Assembly: GCF_008000775.2 (NCBI RefSeq)
Contig: NZ_CP042905.2
Span: 2,910,001 to 2,942,000, forward strand
Source of the DNA: Promethearchaeum syntrophicum
Lineage (GTDB): Archaea > Asgardarchaeota > Lokiarchaeia > Sigyniarchaeales > Promethearchaeaceae
DNA: 32,000 nt
Direction of reading: 5' to 3'
In this document: positions 10,272-19,559 of the stretch, piece after piece
How positions within the stretch are numbered: position 1 is the first letter of the stretch
Layout of the letters: each line of letters begins with the position of its first letter
Notes under the pieces: generated by a model
Told to the model about the DNA's origin: nothing
Database searches by the model: none
The model's input: only the letters and a program-made list of their open reading frames with translations
Translations under genes and position numbers: made by a program

Positions 10272-11535
10272 CTTTCTCCCAGTATGTATTTTCTAATAAT
10301 TCCAAAGCAATCTGCGCAATTTCCTTTGTTATTGGTGAAACTAATGAAGTTTCATCAATTGCACCCCATCTTAAGGAAGAGCGATCTTTAATTTTGGGTA
10401 ACAAAAATTCAGGAAATGTCGATAGAAAAGAGATTTCAGCCATCACACAAATCCAGTTTCTCCCTTCTCCATCTTTTATTAATTTCACAATACCTACTTC
10501 GAGTAGTTTCTTTAAAACATCATCAAGTTGAGCAAAATTTGATAAAACATTTGGGAGCTTCTTTACAGGATAGGCTTTTGTATTCAATAAAGCAAGTAAA
10601 TCAAAAATATCAGGATCTAAAATAATTTTTGCTAATTTTTCACTTTCTCCATAAAGATCAGTAAATGGATCATATGTAGCGTAATAATTATTTAATTCTT
10701 CAAAATATTGTTTATGGATTTCATGTTTTTTCATATCGGCCATTAATTCTTTTGGAGGGATCCGTATCAACGAAAGATCTTTTAGCAAAAACAAGTATTC
10801 CCCTTCACCGTGAACCCTCCCTGTGTCTTTGCTGTGAACCCCTCTTGCCCAATCCCTTCTGACTATATTCATCTCAAGAAAGGGTTTTAAAATAATATCC
10901 ATATTAGGATTCTTTTTGACTCGATCTATTAGCGATCTTAGTTTAATTCTGGAAAGTGGTCCTTCTTTTAATAGCTTCAACGTCATCATTCGTTCATAAC
11001 TTGAAAAGATCAAAGCAATTTTCTGAATTTTTGTTAAATTTGATAAGCGTTCGATTTGAAATAAGGCAAATTTTACTTGATTCAGCATTTCTCTTTCTAC
11101 TTCTCTTAAAACTTGTGCGGTTTTACTACTTTTAGCAAGTTTATTAAAAATTTTACCCAATTTCTCACACATCTGATAAAATACACCTTCATAGAGTTCA
11201 ACATCGTCGTCCAAAGCAAATAATGCTAAGATTAGGTACTGACTCTCATCAATTGAATGGTGATAATATGAGAGTACTCTGTATGGGGTTTCTTTAAGTC
11301 TTCCTAAAATGAAATTCTTTATCATCCGCTCGCGTTTTTTAAAATCCAATCCTGTGGTGTGATTATAGAATAATCTATACTTATCATTTTCAGTAATTAG
11401 ATCGTTTAAGTCGATCTTTTCCTTTTCGGTGCCGGTCCCAGGCATTTCAGAAACTAAATTTTTAAATTCGGGCTCAATATCCCCCGTTTCATCTTGATTT
11501 AGTTCAAATTGAAAAATTGTAATTGTAACAACCAT
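10261..11535 (-). CDS. Longin-like/winged-helix adapter protein (locus A copy)
   Basis: 424 aa; co-linear with the 24261-25340 product, for example GEYLFLLKDLSLIRIPP versus GTYVFLLKYLICFRAPP. N-terminal fold assignment is by inference. Confidence 0.6.
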   Translation of the reverse strand: MVVTITIFQFELNQDETGDIEPEFKNLVSEMPGTGTEKEKIDLNDLITENDKYRLFYNHTTGLDFKKRERMIKNFILGRLKETPYRVLSYYHHSIDESQYLILALFALDDDVELYEGVFYQMCEKLGKIFNKLAKSSKTAQVLREVEREMLNQVKFALFQIERLSNLTKIQKIALIFSSYERMMTLKLLKEGPLSRIKLRSLIDRVKKNPNMDIILKPFLEMNIVRRDWARGVHSKDTGRVHGEGEYLFLLKDLSLIRIPPKELMADMKKHEIHKQYFEELNNYYATYDPFTDLYGESEKLAKIILDPDIFDLLALLNTKAYPVKKLPNVLSNFAQLDDVLKKLLEVGIVKLIKDGEGRNWICVMAEISFLSTFPEFLLPKIKDRSSLRWGAIDETSLVSPITKEIAQIALELLENTYWEKVGV

Positions 11536-11723
11536 TGTAATTTACCTTATATAATATTTTTACATTAATTCTATCATGGAATAGAATTTTGTTTTATATC
11601 TTATATGTCGACCTTTGTTCATAATAAGCCTTTGTTAATAATAATCAAAAAAAAAAATCAATTAATAAGCTTTTAGTATATAATTATTAGGAAAGAAATA
11701 AAAATCAAAGATAAGAGTTTAAA

Positions 11724-12527
11724 ATGTTAGAAAAAGTGATGAACACGATTATTTGTGATGATAACCTTAAGATTTTGAATAAATTCCCTCCAAATTGCGT
11801 TGATTTAACCATTACAAGTCCTCCTTATGATAAACTAAGAGATTATGATGGGTTTAAATTTGATTTTGAAAATCTTGCAAAAGAATTATATCGAGTTTCC
11901 AAAAAAGGGGGAATTCTTGTATGGATAATTGGAGATGCTACGATCAAAGGCTCAGAAACTGGATCATCATTTCGGCAAGCTCTTTTCTTTAAAGAAATCG
12001 GTTTTAAACTTCATGATACCATGATCTATAAAAAAAGTGGATTCGCAAATCCTTCAAAAAATCGGTATCATCAAATTTTTGAATATATGTTTGTCTTTTC
12101 GAAGGGGAAACCAAAGACATTCAACCCAATAAAGGATAAGCCGAATAAAACTCAATATAATTTTAGTAAAAAGCGTCGAAATAAAGACGGAACGATGACT
12201 CATCAAAATGATAAAAGTAGAATTGAAGTCCAACCTTTTGGAATGAGATTTAATATATGGAGATATGTTACCGGTCGGGGAAACACAACCAAAGATGCAA
12301 TAGCCTTTGAACATCCTGCATTATTCCCTGAAAAGCTTGTTCAAGATCATATTCTTTCCTGGTCAAATGAAGGGGATATTGTATTAGATCCGATGAATGG
12401 GGCGGGAACCACTACAAAAATGGCATATCTCCTGAACAGGAAATATATTGGAATTGATATTTCAGAAAAATACTGTGATATTGCTCGGAAAAGATTAGAA
12501 ATCGCTAAGAAAACAAGAATAAAATAA
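11724..12527 (+). CDS. DNA methyltransferase, beta-class (TSPPY), probably N4-cytosine
   Basis: TITSPPYDKLRDYDGF (motif IV) precedes LDPMNGAGTTTKMAYLLNRKYIGIDISEKYCDIARKRL (motif I/SAM site). Confidence 0.9.
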   Translation: MLEKVMNTIICDDNLKILNKFPPNCVDLTITSPPYDKLRDYDGFKFDFENLAKELYRVSKKGGILVWIIGDATIKGSETGSSFRQALFFKEIGFKLHDTMIYKKSGFANPSKNRYHQIFEYMFVFSKGKPKTFNPIKDKPNKTQYNFSKKRRNKDGTMTHQNDKSRIEVQPFGMRFNIWRYVTGRGNTTKDAIAFEHPALFPEKLVQDHILSWSNEGDIVLDPMNGAGTTTKMAYLLNRKYIGIDISEKYCDIARKRLEIAKKTRIK

Positions 12528-12730
12528 AAAATAAAAAATAAGAATTGTTCCATTTGTTAAATACAAAAAATCTTTACAGAAGGGGATAAATGAGTCAGTT
12601 TTGAATTTTTGAGAATAAAAAAATTTGTCTTAATCTTCCCTAAAACTATCAAACCACTCGACATTATTCCCCGCACTTCCCCCAAGCTTCGATAATAGTT
12701 TCTCCTATTCACCAGTTTTGAATCTTTTTT

Positions 12731-13500
12731 TTTACAAAGTTGTAATGAATCTTTAAAATTTATATTTATTTACACATTTTCGAATCACCCACTAAGTTTT
12801 GGTAATATTTATCTTTGTTTGAGAATTTTTTCGGACCTTTTTTTGGCAAAGTTTAACATTTATCTTTTTTTAGGAGCCTCTTACCAAAAGATAAAACAAC
12901 TTCGAAATAAAAATATTCCAACAGTTAAAACTTAATTCACCAACTCACCTGTTTCCGCCTTGCTTGATTGGGATGTGAGATATTAAGGGATATTTCCCGC
13001 ACTTAGGATGGTTTATAATGGGCGATTTCTACTCCATCATCAGAGGTGAAGCGGTTTAGATTCATCTGGGAAGCTTCGATTTTGTCTGTATTCATGAACT
13101 TCCATTAAGAAGAGGATTTATAAAATTCGAGAAAAAAAAAAAGAGTTGCAATATTATCTTTGTTTGAAGCTTTTTTTCGGACCTTTTTTAAGCAAAGTTG
13201 CAACATTATCTTTGATTTCGGACCTTTTTTAAACAAAGTTGCAAATTTATCTTTGGTTCTGGACCTTTTACTGGACCTTTTTTAAACAAAGTTGCAAAAT
13301 TATCTTTGTTTGGGAGCATTTTGAAGCAAAGTTGCAGAATTATCTTTGCTAAAACATCATTAATGTCAAAAATATTAATTTGTACATCTCCGTTTAAATG
13401 GTGAAAATTGCATTTTAGAGAAAAAAGAGAGTTGCAAATTTATCTTTTGGTATTATCTTATCTTTGTGTTTGGGAGCCTTTTGGGCTAAAGTTGAAAAAT
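12731..13500. repeat. Degenerate interspersed repeat array, consensus about (AAR)CAAAGTTGCAAAATTATCTTTG(TTT)...GGACCTTTTTT, interrupted between about 12890 and 13140
   Basis: Cores start at 12739, ~12796, 12851, 13145, 13197, 13238, 13291, 13331, 13431 and 13491 (irregular spacing, mainly 40-60 nt). Cores often flanked by GGACCTTTTTT or GGGAGC-TTTT. Confidence 0.7.
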
Positions 13501-13536
13501 AGTCTCAAATTTTTTTTCAATGTTACATGAAGGAAT

Positions 13537-14724
13537 CTATTTTAATATTGAGAACCCTGAAGGTAGTTTGTGAGTTAGTCGCTGTGAGATTACGTTCAAG
13601 AGATGATTTTCTGGAGAAAAGTTTGATTCGAGTAGCTGGCGTACTTCGTATCCTCCTTCCCAGCCGAGTCGTTCGATATCACCTTCTGATAGGGATTTGG
13701 GATTTTCAATATATTGTTGGGCGAGTTCCATGGGGGTTTTACTGTAAAATTCGACGATGGCATCATATTTGGCAGGATCTTTAATCATTGCATGAGTTAT
13801 AAGTTCGTCGGTGCTCATGTTTACTTTATAGGTTTCCTGTCGGATTTTTTTATCGTGATAGTCGTCGATGAGTTTAATCGCAATCGGACATAGTTGAAAA
13901 TTTTTATAATAATCTTCATAATGTATGATTCTTTTGAAAAAATCGGGAAATTTGATGCCGGAGAGTGTGCGGATGGGATTGTTCCACACGAAAATTTCAA
14001 TATTTCTTTCCAGTTTTATGGAGTGCGGATTTCGAATCAATTTTTGTTTATCACGATCCGAAAGGTATCTTTTGTTAAATTTCGATGGGAGGTGCTCCAG
14101 CGATGTGATTTGATTATAAAAAACATTCAATTTCTTAAGGAACGGTATTTCAGACGGTATTCCTTTCAAGGAAATGAGCTTGTTGCGGACCAAATGTATC
14201 TCTTGAAGAACGGGAGCATTTGCAGGAAAATATTCGAGGGTTTCGATGTTAGTTCTAGTTATTCGGATTGTTTTTAATCTTGGGATCGATTTGGGCATAT
14301 ACTTGATAGATTCTAAGGGAACATTATCGATTTTGAATCTCTCTAACGATGGAAGTTCGTACGGGATACCTTTTAAATTTTTAAGGGAAGAGCTGACAAC
14401 GGTTAGGTTTTTTAATTTAGGGAGATTTTTGGGCAATCCAATTAGGTTAGGAAATTCTTGATTACGGATAAATAGAACTTCAAGATTCGGGAGATTTTCG
14501 GGCATGCCTTTTAAATTTCCGAATTCTATTTTGGGATGATAAAAAAGGTTAACAATAACACATTCAGGGGATTCTAAGATGATAACAGATCTTCGCAAAT
14601 TTTCGTGTTTTTCTTCACACCTGAAGGTTTTTAAATTTGAAGACTTAGGATTTTCATTGGTTATCAGTAGTTTTCTGGTATCCTCAGTGATTTCATGCCA
14701 AATATTACTACTCATTTTCTTCAT
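13537..14724 (-). CDS. Leucine-rich repeat protein
   Basis: Repeats such as LKGMPENLPNLEVLFIRN, LIGLPKNLPKLKNLTVVSS, LKGIPYELPSLERFKIDN, LKGIPSEIPFLKKLNVFYNQITSLEHLP. Confidence 0.85.
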   Translation of the reverse strand: MKKMSSNIWHEITEDTRKLLITNENPKSSNLKTFRCEEKHENLRRSVIILESPECVIVNLFYHPKIEFGNLKGMPENLPNLEVLFIRNQEFPNLIGLPKNLPKLKNLTVVSSSLKNLKGIPYELPSLERFKIDNVPLESIKYMPKSIPRLKTIRITRTNIETLEYFPANAPVLQEIHLVRNKLISLKGIPSEIPFLKKLNVFYNQITSLEHLPSKFNKRYLSDRDKQKLIRNPHSIKLERNIEIFVWNNPIRTLSGIKFPDFFKRIIHYEDYYKNFQLCPIAIKLIDDYHDKKIRQETYKVNMSTDELITHAMIKDPAKYDAIVEFYSKTPMELAQQYIENPKSLSEGDIERLGWEGGYEVRQLLESNFSPENHLLNVISQRLTHKLPSGFSILK

Positions 14725-14826
14725 ATCCTATTATTTTTCACGTGGTACGCCTTATAAATGTTATGCATTTGCTGGTTTTTTATGATATGAGTAATAAATA
14801 AAAAAGAAAAAAAATTCGGGAATATT

Positions 14827-15843
14827 TTATGAGGTCACTCTATGCCATACATTTTCAAACAATTTTCGTATAAATGTCAAATATTTCTGTGTAATTATTT
14901 TTTCATTGTTATTGGGAGCGATTGTTGTTATTGAAAACGTAGAAGCAGTATACATCTCCAATAAGAATGATTCTGGGAAATATGACATATCGGGCAATTC
15001 ATACGCTGTATCTCCAGGATATAACCAATGAGTCCAACCATTAGTGGCGATGTTATCTGGCGAAGTCCACTCAGGATGTATCTCGGACACTTGTAATGGA
15101 TTAAACAATAAATGTGCCTGTCCAGAACTTGTCATTTGCTGATATAAATGATGGAATGAAATTTGTGCCCATTGATTTGTAGATCCGTCGGGCAGCAATT
15201 CATTGTTGGCATTTCCCAGATCCACCCACCAATCACTGTCTTGTGGGCAAATTGTCTGAATAGATGCCATAGGATCAGTATTCCAAACTAATCCATAAAT
15301 CAACACTAATTCCTTGGCTTTCTCTTCTGTCAATCCAAGTCTATGGTTATAATCCAAGTTATAATTACCTTCTGCATCTTTCGACCAATCTATTAACATC
15401 AGTTGTTTAAAGAATTCTATATGCCGATTGAAAGGACCATATATTTGAAAATGCCCATTGAGGGTTTCGGCTGCACTCAATAATTTAAAGTCCGAATCGG
15501 TAATTGTAGGCATCCACGAACTTTCTTGACGCATCGCATCAAATTCTGCAGGATTAACCCTGCCTTCGGCAATAATTTTATCAATGATACGACCGTTTCC
15601 TTCAAATGCAATATCCCTATACCAATCTACTAGCGTACATGTGCTAGGTATATGGGGTCTGTTTCCTAATTTATAAAAACTTCCATCTACCTCAATAGTT
15701 CCATCAGCATGGAATATATAATGGAATTCAGGAATGAGATTATTTGGTTTATCAAAAATCTGGATTCGCAAATCCCTCGAAAAATCGATATCATCAAATT
15801 TTTGAATATATGTTTGTCTTCTCAAAAGGTAAACCAAAGACAT
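14827..15843 (-). CDS. Uncharacterised protein, possibly 5'-truncated/chimeric at the methyltransferase-duplication boundary
   Basis: 338 aa, normal-looking composition from about FDKPNNLIPEFHYIFHADG onward. The first ~30 codons lie antisense to the duplicated methyltransferase segment. Confidence 0.5.
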   Translation of the reverse strand: MSLVYLLRRQTYIQKFDDIDFSRDLRIQIFDKPNNLIPEFHYIFHADGTIEVDGSFYKLGNRPHIPSTCTLVDWYRDIAFEGNGRIIDKIIAEGRVNPAEFDAMRQESSWMPTITDSDFKLLSAAETLNGHFQIYGPFNRHIEFFKQLMLIDWSKDAEGNYNLDYNHRLGLTEEKAKELVLIYGLVWNTDPMASIQTICPQDSDWWVDLGNANNELLPDGSTNQWAQISFHHLYQQMTSSGQAHLLFNPLQVSEIHPEWTSPDNIATNGWTHWLYPGDTAYELPDMSYFPESFLLEMYTASTFSITTIAPNNNEKIITQKYLTFIRKLFENVWHRVTS

Positions 15844-16238
15844 TTAATCCGATTAAGGATAAACCAAATAAAACTCAATATAATTTTAGTAAAAAGCGAC
15901 GTAATAAAGATGGCTCAATGACCCATCAAAATGATAAGAGTCGAATTGAAGTCCAACCTTTTGGAATGAGATTTAATATATGGAGATACATTACTGGGAG
16001 AGGAAATACAACCAAAGATGCAATAGCTTTTGAACATCCTGCATTATTCCCTGAAAAGCTTGTTCAAGATCATATTCTTTCCTGGTCAAATGAAGGGGAT
16101 ATTGTATTAGATCCGATGAATGGGGCGGGAACCACTACAAAAATGGCATATCTCCTGAACAGGAAATATATTGGAATTGATATTTCAGAAAAATATTGCG
16201 AAATTGCTAGGAAAAGATTATTATCAGCTAAGAAGTAA
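15744..16238 (+). pseudogene. Duplicated C-terminal half of the 11724-12527 methyltransferase (SAM-binding half only)
   Basis: Nearly identical to the intact copy from MIYKKSGFANPSKNRYHQIF to YCDIARKRL; retains DPMNGAGTT but lacks TSPPY. Confidence 0.8.
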
Positions 16239-16311
16239 GAAAAAATTAGGTAAATTAAAATTTACAATTAAAATTAAATTGAAGGCTTTTTATTACTCCA
16301 AATTTTATAAT

Positions 16312-17034
16312 ATGTATAAAATGAATACATTAAAATCGGTTTCTTGGGGAAAAAATGCAATTCAACTACTAAATTTGTTAAATAATGGTGGTTTAATGGA
16401 AAATGTCCCCACAATACTAATGCTCCGCCATTCAGAAAGAGAGGAGCCAGAAATTCTTGAAGAAATTTTTGAGGCCCCCTTAACTGAAAGAGGACATAAA
16501 GCAGCATTTGAATTCGGAATGAATCTACCAAAGAAGTATGAATATAGATTTTTTCACAGTTCAGTACCACGTTGCAAAAATACAGCTTTGGAAATAAGAA
16601 AAGGAATTTCAAACTCAAAACAAAAGAATTCAATCTCAATAGAAAGTATAGAAAGTTTAATTAAGATTAATTGTGATTTTGAGAAATTTAAAACATATTT
16701 AAGACAAACAGAAACCGATACGATATTTTTGGATAGATGGATTGGTCAATTTTATAATCCCCTTGAAATTGAACCAGCATTAGCTGTTGCTAAAAGAATA
16801 GCAAAAGATATAAAAAAATTGAATAAAACACAGAAAAAAAAAACAATTGATGTGTTTGTGAGTCATGATTTTCATGTTATACTTTCTCAATTTTACCTGT
16901 CAGGAAATCTTGTTACAAATGAATGGATTCAATATTTAGATGGATTTATCATACAATTCTTTGATAAAAAGATGAAAATTTATTCTCAAAGGGGGAAAGT
17001 TGAAGTAAATTACCCCTATTGGTGGACAAATTAG
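16312..17034 (+). CDS. Histidine phosphatase (phosphoglycerate mutase-like) family protein
   Basis: LMLRHSEREEPE, LTERGHKAAFEFG, HSSVPRCKNTALEI, VSHDFHV. The track ORF starts at 16171, but M48 (16312) or M51 (16321) is more plausible. Confidence 0.75.
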   Translation: MYKMNTLKSVSWGKNAIQLLNLLNNGGLMENVPTILMLRHSEREEPEILEEIFEAPLTERGHKAAFEFGMNLPKKYEYRFFHSSVPRCKNTALEIRKGISNSKQKNSISIESIESLIKINCDFEKFKTYLRQTETDTIFLDRWIGQFYNPLEIEPALAVAKRIAKDIKKLNKTQKKKTIDVFVSHDFHVILSQFYLSGNLVTNEWIQYLDGFIIQFFDKKMKIYSQRGKVEVNYPYWWTN

Positions 17035-17557
17035 ATTTCTGTGATAGTAACCTTTCCAACCTTTATTTCAAATTTTACGGACGTAAATCAGAAATCAATA
17101 TTCTCGTAACTCTCAAATTATTTAACTAAGAACGTTCTGATTTTATGACATTTAAGCCATATTTGATAAATTACTTTAGAAAATTCTCCAATAGATGTTA
17201 TAGTAAAATTTTATTTTTTAAAGACGATCCACAGAAACGCTCAAATTTTTATTTAAAATATATTGACAACATATTGCTTTATATATAATCTACATACCCA
17301 AAATTATCGGTTTGTCTAAATATTAACCCTAACTTCAGAAAAACATGGACACTCCCGAATTGACAAAATCGGAATACTTTTTATTGAAACCTATAAATAA
17401 CTTTAGATCTGATATAATTCCCATAGTATTTTTTGCATTTAATTTAAATAAAATGAAAGAGAATTATAATTAACTAATAATTTTTTTAAATAAACACTTC
17501 ATTAATTAAAGCAGAAATTAAGTGAATAGGCAAATATTCAGATTTTTGGTGCGGTAA

Positions 17558-18340
17558 ATGGCAAAAACTATTAAAAAATTAATCAAACATATCATCCAAT
17601 ACAATATTTTCGATTATTTTATTCCAAAATTACGAAAATTTTATAAAAAAATTGGAATCTTAGAATTCATGGACACCAGATTTTATTGGGTAGCATGGCG
17701 CATTGTACGACTAGCAAAACACATGTTATGGCGAGGAAAAGTTACTGGAGTTTCAAATATTCCACAAAAAGGAGCTGCAATATTTCTACCCAATCACAGC
17801 CACGCACTTGATCCGTTCTTATCTGCATCCAATGTTCCGCGTAAAGTCCATTGGGTTTCAAAACTTGAAAATTATAAATATCCTTTATTTCGACCGATTC
17901 TTCAATGCACCGGCTCTATTCCACTCCGAAGAGGTCAATCTGATCAAAACGCTATCCGATTGATTAAGAATGAATTAAATCGCGGGGAAATTGTTGGAAT
18001 GTTTCCTGAGGGTACCCGAACAAAAGATGGTCAACTTCGGCGTTTTCATACAGGAGCTGCTCGACTTTGTATAGAATATGGAATTCCTTACATTCCAGTA
18101 GGAATACGAAACTCATTTAAATTAGAAGTAGGACGAAATGTTGAAGTTCATATCGGAAAACCTCGATATCCAGATCCATCATGGAAACTTAATTATGAAA
18201 ACGCAAAGAAATTTACAGATTTGATGAGAAAAGATATCGCAGCTCTAGTACATAATGAAGAGCCTAAATCGATAAGAATATATGAACATGAAGAGATTTT
18301 CCCAGTTCATATTAAAAAATCTCCTACAATGGAGAACTAA
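17558..18340 (+). CDS. 1-acyl-sn-glycerol-3-phosphate acyltransferase-like protein (PlsC family)
   Basis: NHSHALDPFLSA (NHx4D motif), MFPEGTRTKDGQLRRFHTGAARL, GIPYIPVGI. Confidence 0.9.
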   Translation: MAKTIKKLIKHIIQYNIFDYFIPKLRKFYKKIGILEFMDTRFYWVAWRIVRLAKHMLWRGKVTGVSNIPQKGAAIFLPNHSHALDPFLSASNVPRKVHWVSKLENYKYPLFRPILQCTGSIPLRRGQSDQNAIRLIKNELNRGEIVGMFPEGTRTKDGQLRRFHTGAARLCIEYGIPYIPVGIRNSFKLEVGRNVEVHIGKPRYPDPSWKLNYENAKKFTDLMRKDIAALVHNEEPKSIRIYEHEEIFPVHIKKSPTMEN

Positions 18341-18382
18341 TCCTTTTTTCTTTTTCCATTCTTATTCTATTCTACTAATTTA

Positions 18383-18784
18383 TTGCACTCATACGGATAT
18401 TTTTACTTATTTCTTTATATTCATTTGATGAACTGTTCCAAATTTACCAATCTGGTGCTTGATATTCTTAATAATAATGGCAAATCGTTCAATGATCTGA
18501 AAAAACGCTTTTATATTTCACTCAATACCCCCAAAATGGAATTTACTGTTAAATACAAGAAGGATTTACGGGGATTTGAATTCATCACAATTAGTTACGT
18601 TTTTTCCCAAATACAAGATGAGAATCCTGATAGCGATATATTAAAGTTTCAAATTGATAAAAAGAGCCGATCTTGGAAACTTCTATATGATAGATCTACT
18701 GAATATTTTCAAAATTTGATAAATATACTCCAATCGCTCGATATTCGTTATGAAAAGGTTTTGTGTTGTGAAAAATTATATTAA
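18383..18784 (+). CDS. Uncharacterised small protein
   Basis: 133 aa ORF downstream of the acyltransferase. The start may be the internal Met of MNCSKFTNL. No recognised motif. Confidence 0.45.
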   Translation: MHSYGYFYLFLYIHLMNCSKFTNLVLDILNNNGKSFNDLKKRFYISLNTPKMEFTVKYKKDLRGFEFITISYVFSQIQDENPDSDILKFQIDKKSRSWKLLYDRSTEYFQNLINILQSLDIRYEKVLCCEKLY

Positions 18785-19095
18785 TTTGTTGATTTTGTCA
18801 TCCATAATTTTTAATTTTTTCTTGGTTTTATGCCTTAAATTTACGATAAATCGATTCATTTTAATTTCTTACATCGGTTAATAAGATTAATTTCTTTTTT
18901 CCCTCCGTCAAAAATCTTCCTTCCCACTCAAAAATATTTCCCTAACACTTTACTACTTAATTCCGAAGGTTTTTTTGTCGTTCTAAATTTTTTATCAATT
19001 ACATTTTTAAATTTTTTTCAAAGCTCTTTTTTCTTCTATCCAATTTTTAGATTTCCTTCCCAATTTTTCTCAATTTCTCAAAAAACTTCAAAACA

Positions 19096-19103
19096 TTTAA
19101 ATA
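19096..19103 (+). promoter_or_regulatory. Candidate archaeal TATA box for the histone gene
   Basis: TTTAAATA, with about 125 nt to the ATG; the long leader is inferred. Confidence 0.3.
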
Positions 19104-19228
19104 CTCATTTTACAATTATTAAAATAGGTTGAAAATTTCATTAATACGTCGACAAAAATACCCATTTTTGCTGATGCTTCAATAATTTTTAATGGTTTTC
19201 AATCCGTAATTCGCGGAGAAGAAAAAAA

Positions 19229-19447
19229 ATGGCAAAAAAGAAAAGATCATTTGCATGGTCACCTGTTCGTAAGTTAATGAAGAAATCGGGTGCCAACATC
19301 GTCGCTCGAGATGCAGTTGAATTATTAATCATCGATTTAGAAAAAACTGCAACCACATTGACTAAAAAAGCATTAGGATTTGCACGACATGCTAAACGTA
19401 AGAAGATTGCTAAAGAAGATATGGATTTAGCAATTAAATACCTTTAA
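19229..19447 (+). CDS. Archaeal histone
   Basis: 72 aa histone fold: FAWSPVRKLMKKSGANIVARDAVELLIIDLEKTATTLTKKALGFARHAKRKKIAKEDMDLAIKYL. Confidence 0.93.
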   Translation: MAKKKRSFAWSPVRKLMKKSGANIVARDAVELLIIDLEKTATTLTKKALGFARHAKRKKIAKEDMDLAIKYL

Positions 19448-19465
19448 AATTTAATCTATTAGAGG

Positions 19466-19495
19466 TATTTTAGTTTTTTTTTTATTTCTTTTTGA
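19466..19495 (+). terminator. Putative T-tract terminator after the histone gene
   Basis: TTTTAGTTTTTTTTTTTATTTCTTTTT shortly downstream of the stop codon. Confidence 0.35.
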
Positions 19496-19559
19496 TAACC
19501 GATTAAATTCGATTAGTATTTTGATATTTTTAAATATTGGAGTTTTAAATAGAAATCGG

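Noticed and set aside
12054-12553. Minus-strand ORFs 12054-12314 and 12347-12553
   Set aside because: Antisense to the well-supported methyltransferase, no recognisable motif.
12731-13500. CRISPR array
   Set aside because: Repeats are degenerate, spacing is irregular, and intervals between repeats resemble each other. No cas genes are present.
13527-14785. Plus-strand ORFs 13527-13784, 13894-14277, 13925-14113, 14246-14461 and 14579-14785
   Set aside because: Shadow ORFs antisense to the LRR coding region.
11724-16238. Transposon or IS element bounded by the methyltransferase copies
   Set aside because: No transposase, no terminal inverted repeats and no target-site duplication seen. The direct partial duplication is explained without one.
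16171-16311. N-terminal 47 codons of the 287 aa histidine-phosphatase ORF
   Set aside because: Overlaps the methyltransferase fragment out of frame and is Lys-rich/low-complexity; an internal Met is the likelier start.
16274-16639. 121 aa minus-strand ORF
   Set aside because: Antisense to the histidine phosphatase, no motif.
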